A stretch of 58,603 nt of DNA from Euryarchaeota archaeon UBA170 (GTDB taxonomy: Archaea; Thermoplasmatota; Poseidoniia; Poseidoniales; Thalassarchaeaceae), in the NCBI GenBank assembly GCA_002499345.1, contig DALF01000050.1:14923-73525 (forward strand). The letters run 5' to 3'. Under the pieces are notes generated by a model. That model was not told the DNA's origin and did no database searches. It saw nothing but the letters and a program-made list of their open reading frames with translations. Numbering within the stretch: the first letter of the stretch is position 1; each line of letters opens with the position of its first letter. The position numbers and the translations under genes are program-made. Below, piece after piece: positions 53,401-58,603 of the stretch.

Positions 53401-54584
53401 CGGGACTCTACACGGTGACCCTCACCGTTACAGATGTGCTCGGACTAGAGTCGGCCCAGAAGTCATTCACTTTGAGAATAGAAAATCCTCTTCCTGTTCC
53501 AGACATAGATTTCTCTTGCCCTAGTGTCAATGATAGCATACTTGAAAGAGAGCCTGTCGAGGGAGAGCAAGTAGTTTGGCAGATTCCTCAGACAGAAGCG
53601 GGCGGTGCATTCATATCTCCGGGCAGTCTTATGAAATTTGACGGATCTGGAAGCTATGACTCTGACCCCGCTTTCATTGGCAGAGCTTCTACAGACTCCA
53701 ATAGTGAGGATTGGAATGGAATTACAAGATGGATTTGGGATTTCGGTGACGCCACTCCTCAAGTTGAAGGGGCAGTGGTTTGGCATCAATATTCGATTCC
53801 TGGGACCTACTCTGTGACCCTGACAGTTGTGGATGGTTTTGAGGGAGGGGAGACCAACTCGACATACATCCTTGTCATTGTTTCCAAATCCCCTGAAATT
53901 CTGACTACCGCCCCTGTTTCATCCGATTATGTCAATATTGGCGACCCAGTCTCACTGAATTACAGTGTCTTCGATCAGGATCTAGAAGACGGCCTTGTTG
54001 CATGGATGGACATTGACTCGTCCGTAGACACAGATGGAGACGGGGATCCTACAAATGACAACGATAGATCGCTATCTGGGGATTTGATTGTCAGGTGGGA
54101 CCTAGATGCTAGTATCGATTCAGATGGAGACGGAGATTACAGGAACGACTGGGACTGGAACCCGCAGAATTGGAATGAAGAGGGCGAAATTGGGATAACT
54201 ATGCAGGTATGTGATGCTGTAAACGTGTGTGTCGATAGGGATTATGTGATCACAGTATTATCTACTGAGGACGAATATGTACCCAAGTCGCTCTCTGATT
54301 TAACTTGGGAGGACATAGTTCCCAACAAGGAGAGTGGTGGACTGCTGGCTCTTGTCGGACTCGTCCTCGTTCTAGGCTGGATCATAATGAGGCAAAAAGA
54401 TGAAGAGGAGCTTGATGCCGATGAAATGATGGAGACCTATGATGTCGATGAAGTTGAGGCTGATGGAGGATTGCCCGGCATGGATCAGCACAAGCCACCG
54501 CCTCAGCCAAAGTACCTGTCTCAAGAAGAGCGACGTGATTCTGATTCCGGTTATGTACGCCCGATTAGAACAAGGAGGCGTTGA
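50481..54584 (+). CDS. giant (about 1367 aa) type-I surface zinc metalloprotease (HExxH...E) with PKD domains and Asp-rich Ca-binding repeats
   Basis: Signal peptide VSATVLAVLLIVTSLSPLSLA. NTILAHEFQHLLHNARDPFEYIWIDEGAADM (nt 51150-51212). PKD signatures (YYWDLGDNVSSTLKNPVHQYLESGIYPVVLTVMDQGG, WIWDFGDATPQVEGAVVWHQYSIPGTYSVTLTVVDG). DTDGDGDPTNDND / DSDGDGDYRNDWD. TM GGLLALVGLVLVLGWIIM. 64-aa tail. The ORF-track start 50472 is GTG; ATG at 50481. Confidence 0.75.
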   Translation: MPSRERRNSSVSATVLAVLLIVTSLSPLSLAEEFEDEETRGFLSDLSEFNPDLDGRQYLFSESPIPIYSATGFLKSQWRSAGYPDLSLPFSESYVNSRSSTRSCENAWSVGDTDDVTTAGGPIAATVQKVSSNSAIFVEDGQVIPSTTLNDIASTWESTIFPTVTSYFGSAPDVDSTCQIEIVIFSIDGGGGIGGYFVPGLSSSKESVFMDIDDLSWRNTILAHEFQHLLHNARDPFEYIWIDEGAADMAAYLCFGVTSSLTGHANEWSQNSNMSVRWWNQRIADYGAGFLFLMYLSDKLGGASAISTLVADSDIGGKGIEDLASNPPAGSTPIGTTMSDIFANFTLAVSVDSGQGAFGFSNLDLSAGCTAAYVCKAQMSGFNDQWINSWTSPLQELEGWGMRAYKFNQGSGAPLNIMVQPSEFGFEGALLAKDSSTGSWSMSRMRVDQVTGSVTGLIHDFGSDVDEVWMTTWYESTVDDCDYNYATCGITSGSYPTATVTVQAMLVTDPAEVSIDSIDDFDRDSDGLSDSVQVDLGVVSNSFFEILEVTVDAFSNNTLVDSKVFSLTAGNSISTEKSVWFTPPYSGQWTFGVSINDVTSELVDQAFSLPIDLSNMKPVASISVSVNSTQTWLPVNMFGSGYDAWGFGMENGTFSKNETPIAYYWDLGDNVSSTLKNPVHQYLESGIYPVVLTVMDQGGYFSEPQTWTIVVEDTSDPIPEISVEGVVVSEELVLLTNQQVMFSALGTTDNLPLEELYFEWNWGDGEIESGVGLFESSHSWVDGSAEGIVYTLSLLVSDGIHEVEHSIFIKILNRVPQQIYDAQLQTYTLTPLTLPSVFTDSDGMIVEYEWSFEEGVNLEGGGMTMTSDYSQISSDAANPIVGWLTPGLKNISLTVTDDDGNSSFAVLQVNVINQRPVAVFSRPSDGNVETTYTFTSYSFDPDGDSSQLSTFWTISDLEDPIENVSSVSHTFMSPGLYTVTLTVTDVLGLESAQKSFTLRIENPLPVPDIDFSCPSVNDSILEREPVEGEQVVWQIPQTEAGGAFISPGSLMKFDGSGSYDSDPAFIGRASTDSNSEDWNGITRWIWDFGDATPQVEGAVVWHQYSIPGTYSVTLTVVDGFEGGETNSTYILVIVSKSPEILTTAPVSSDYVNIGDPVSLNYSVFDQDLEDGLVAWMDIDSSVDTDGDGDPTNDNDRSLSGDLIVRWDLDASIDSDGDGDYRNDWDWNPQNWNEEGEIGITMQVCDAVNVCVDRDYVITVLSTEDEYVPKSLSDLTWEDIVPNKESGGLLALVGLVLVLGWIIMRQKDEEELDADEMMETYDVDEVEADGGLPGMDQHKPPPQPKYLSQEERRDSDSGYVRPIRTRRR

Positions 54585-54585
54585 A

Positions 54586-55467
54586 GTGAACCTTGTAAAG
54601 AGACGTAAAATTCTGTCTTTTTTGGTCAATCTTTCATTGGTATTTCCAGCTTCTTTTTTCGCTTTAATGATACTATTCTCCCCAGTTTCCTCTGCACAAT
54701 CTACTGGCTCGTGTGATGTTCCAGCAGTGAATAACCCAACTACATCAGATAGTATTTCTTTGGAGTCTGTGGAGGATCCTTTCTGGAGTGATGACAGTCC
54801 TCTCTATGACTTGACATCTGATGTCTTTGTAGACTTCACTGTTGACAATGATAGTGCGACTTCGGTATCTATGAAGCTAGTCCCCGGATACATGTATACG
54901 TTTTGCATAAGTATAACCAGCAATCAAGAGGATCCTCCTGTGAACCCCAGCTCTGATATCTATCTAATGACTGAGCCAAACTGGGACAGGTATGTCATCG
55001 ATTATGAAATGAGGGAGGGGAATGGCTTCTTTGAAGCATTTGACGAGCTTCCCGTGGAATGGAGAGATATTGATGACTGGCTTCCTTTCAGAGATGTTCA
55101 CGCGTATGAAGATACTACGTATGTTGAATTCTCGGTCGCTATTGACTCCTCTGGATCGGGTTTCTTTGGCGGTGGTGATATCCCCTACTACCTAGTAATA
55201 GATGGATGGGAAAATAGAAGGCACACTAATACTGAAGCTAGCGGCGGGGATATCGATGTTGAGGTCCTGATAGATGTCGAAGAAAGACTGAATATCCCCA
55301 AATTCACCGCTACCCTTCTAGTCGGCTCATTACCGCTTGCTTGCATAATAATGCCAATGATCATCCATATGAGATACATGGCCACTGGCAGAGAAAATGT
55401 CGAAGGCGAAGAAAGACGCGAGCTTCCTTACCTTGACAGTGAAAACAGAAATTCTCAAGACACCTAG
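54586..55467 (+). CDS. hypothetical secreted/membrane-anchored protein co-transcribed with the metalloprotease
   Basis: In-frame GTG at 54586 lies 7 nt after AGGAGG and 1 nt after the protease stop. Signal peptide KRRKILSFLVNLSLVFPASFFALMILFSPVSSA|QSTG. C-terminal TM LLVGSLPLACIIMPMIIHM. The maximal ORF (54439) overlaps the protease gene. Confidence 0.55.
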   Translation: MNLVKRRKILSFLVNLSLVFPASFFALMILFSPVSSAQSTGSCDVPAVNNPTTSDSISLESVEDPFWSDDSPLYDLTSDVFVDFTVDNDSATSVSMKLVPGYMYTFCISITSNQEDPPVNPSSDIYLMTEPNWDRYVIDYEMREGNGFFEAFDELPVEWRDIDDWLPFRDVHAYEDTTYVEFSVAIDSSGSGFFGGGDIPYYLVIDGWENRRHTNTEASGGDIDVEVLIDVEERLNIPKFTATLLVGSLPLACIIMPMIIHMRYMATGRENVEGEERRELPYLDSENRNSQDT

Positions 55468-56396
55468 ACGTAACCCAAAAGTTTCCATGCAGTAGCTAAA
55501 TCGGATACATTTATTTTTCCAGAATGGGATAAGTGCCAGCCCGTCTGCATTGTCGAATATACAACATTCTGATTCAGAAGAGGAGCATGAATTCTTACCC
55601 AGTCCCCTCCAGAACCAATTCCCATCAAGGATGTCTTTATGCTGGAATCCCTTAATTCCCATGCGGCTTCGAATATTCTCAGGGCCCCCTCTGAGCCAGA
55701 AATCGGATAGCAAATCTTCACCATGTCCCCATGGCTAGTGTAGTCCTCGATTTCGGAAATTATTTCCTTTGCAGGAGGCGGGGCCTCTTCGGAATGGTGT
55801 GAGGCTATCACCTGTGTCTTGCCCTTTGCTATTTTCATCAATGATTCCCTATCCTTGACGGAAATATCTACCTCTAAATCTACCCAGCTAACCTCACTCT
55901 CTATTGCGGTTCTGAGGACTTCTATCCTACTTGCCTCATCCCCTGGATAGTTACCTCCCTGTCTTTGCGACCTGCATGTCAATATTACTGGAAGTTCTAT
56001 TCCTTGCTTGAATGAGGATAATGCCGAATCGAGATCTATTGACTCTAAGGGAAGTACCTCGTACTCAACTTCTATCTTAGCCCTTCTTCTTGGATCTGCT
56101 TCTTCTTCTGGGTTTTCTATTTCCAGTTCTTTAACCCAAAGATTATCCAGCCTTACTTCGACTAAATCTGCCCCTGCCGCCATCGCCAGAGTGGCATCTT
56201 TGAGCATCTCATCCACAGTGTGGCCACTTAGTACAACGCATACCTGTGGCACCTCCATATACTGCTTCGACCATAGGATTCTGTTTAATCGTGTCGTGTC
56301 AGCATGAGTCATATTTTTTTCAACTCGAGAGGGTCGTAACCCACAATTTACTAGTCTCGTCAAAGATCGGTATTGGTAGGTTTGAATCTGAAACAT
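55464..56396 (-). CDS. aroD: 3-dehydroquinate dehydratase, type I
   Basis: VCVVLSGHTVDEML, ADLVEVRLD, VILTCRSQRQGG, VIASHH, GDMVKI (Schiff-base Lys). The conserved core starts near residue 50, so ATG 56312 or 56258 may be the true start. Confidence 0.8.
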   Translation of the reverse strand: MFQIQTYQYRSLTRLVNCGLRPSRVEKNMTHADTTRLNRILWSKQYMEVPQVCVVLSGHTVDEMLKDATLAMAAGADLVEVRLDNLWVKELEIENPEEEADPRRRAKIEVEYEVLPLESIDLDSALSSFKQGIELPVILTCRSQRQGGNYPGDEASRIEVLRTAIESEVSWVDLEVDISVKDRESLMKIAKGKTQVIASHHSEEAPPPAKEIISEIEDYTSHGDMVKICYPISGSEGALRIFEAAWELRDSSIKTSLMGIGSGGDWVRIHAPLLNQNVVYSTMQTGWHLSHSGKINVSDLATAWKLLGYV

Positions 56397-56543
56397 GTTC
56401 TATTATGGATAAAAAAACCATCCTCCAATACGTCTCGTACGCCTCATCTGATGAACGAGAATAGTAGACTATCACAGAATAGTAACTATCTAGAAGGACG
56501 GTAATATACTTTTTTCCCGGGCGGAATAAACTAGTGAAATTGA

Positions 56544-58601
<2,058 letters not shown>

Positions 58602-58603
58602 AG

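Overview
Gene-dense chromosomal segment of an archaeon. About 45 protein genes fill nearly all of it, and several gene ends overlap. By eye I found no rRNA, tRNA, CRISPR array, transposase or integrase.

Lineage (inference): the window combines archaeal markers (ribosomal protein L40e, NMD3, exosome cap Csl4, membrane-bound LonB, UPF0147, archaeal-type AspRS, TrmI) with GyrB, SufCBD, a System-I Ccm module and very large surface proteins. This fits a marine Thermoplasmatota lineage such as Poseidoniales (Marine Group II). That placement needs a phylogenetic check.

Housekeeping content: pruA (partial, left edge), purA, rpl40e, lonB, trmI-aspS, asd-like, PGI/PMI, nmd3, ccmAB-ccmC-ccmD-like, maf, nfu plus sufCBD, a tmk fusion, aroD and gyrB.

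Non-routine content:
1. Four giant type-I membrane surface proteins take up about 30 percent of the window. They are built from cadherin-like, CARDB, RCC1, GCC2/GCC3-like Cys-repeat, TSP3-like, PKD, subtilisin and HExxH protease modules, and each ends in one TM helix plus a cytoplasmic tail.
2. A translationally coupled cassette at 12.0-19.2 kb encodes flavin reductase, a formyltransferase-like protein, SDR, luciferase-like monooxygenase, an asparaginase-II-fold protein, ALDH and KAS III. It matches no pathway I know.
3. Csl4 is fused to an RGG box, a CxxC-x17-CxxC knuckle and an RRM.
4. A rhomboid protease sits directly upstream of a membrane-anchored subtilisin, and both carry cytoplasmic zinc ribbons.
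5. CcmA and CcmB are fused, and ccmE/F/H are absent nearby.

Three genes or gene parts missing from the ORF track were found by hand translation: partial pruA, rpl40e and a ccmD-like ORF. The ORF track uses ATG, GTG and TTG as starts and reports maximal ORFs, so several starts were trimmed. All family calls rest on motifs recalled from memory. No searches were run.
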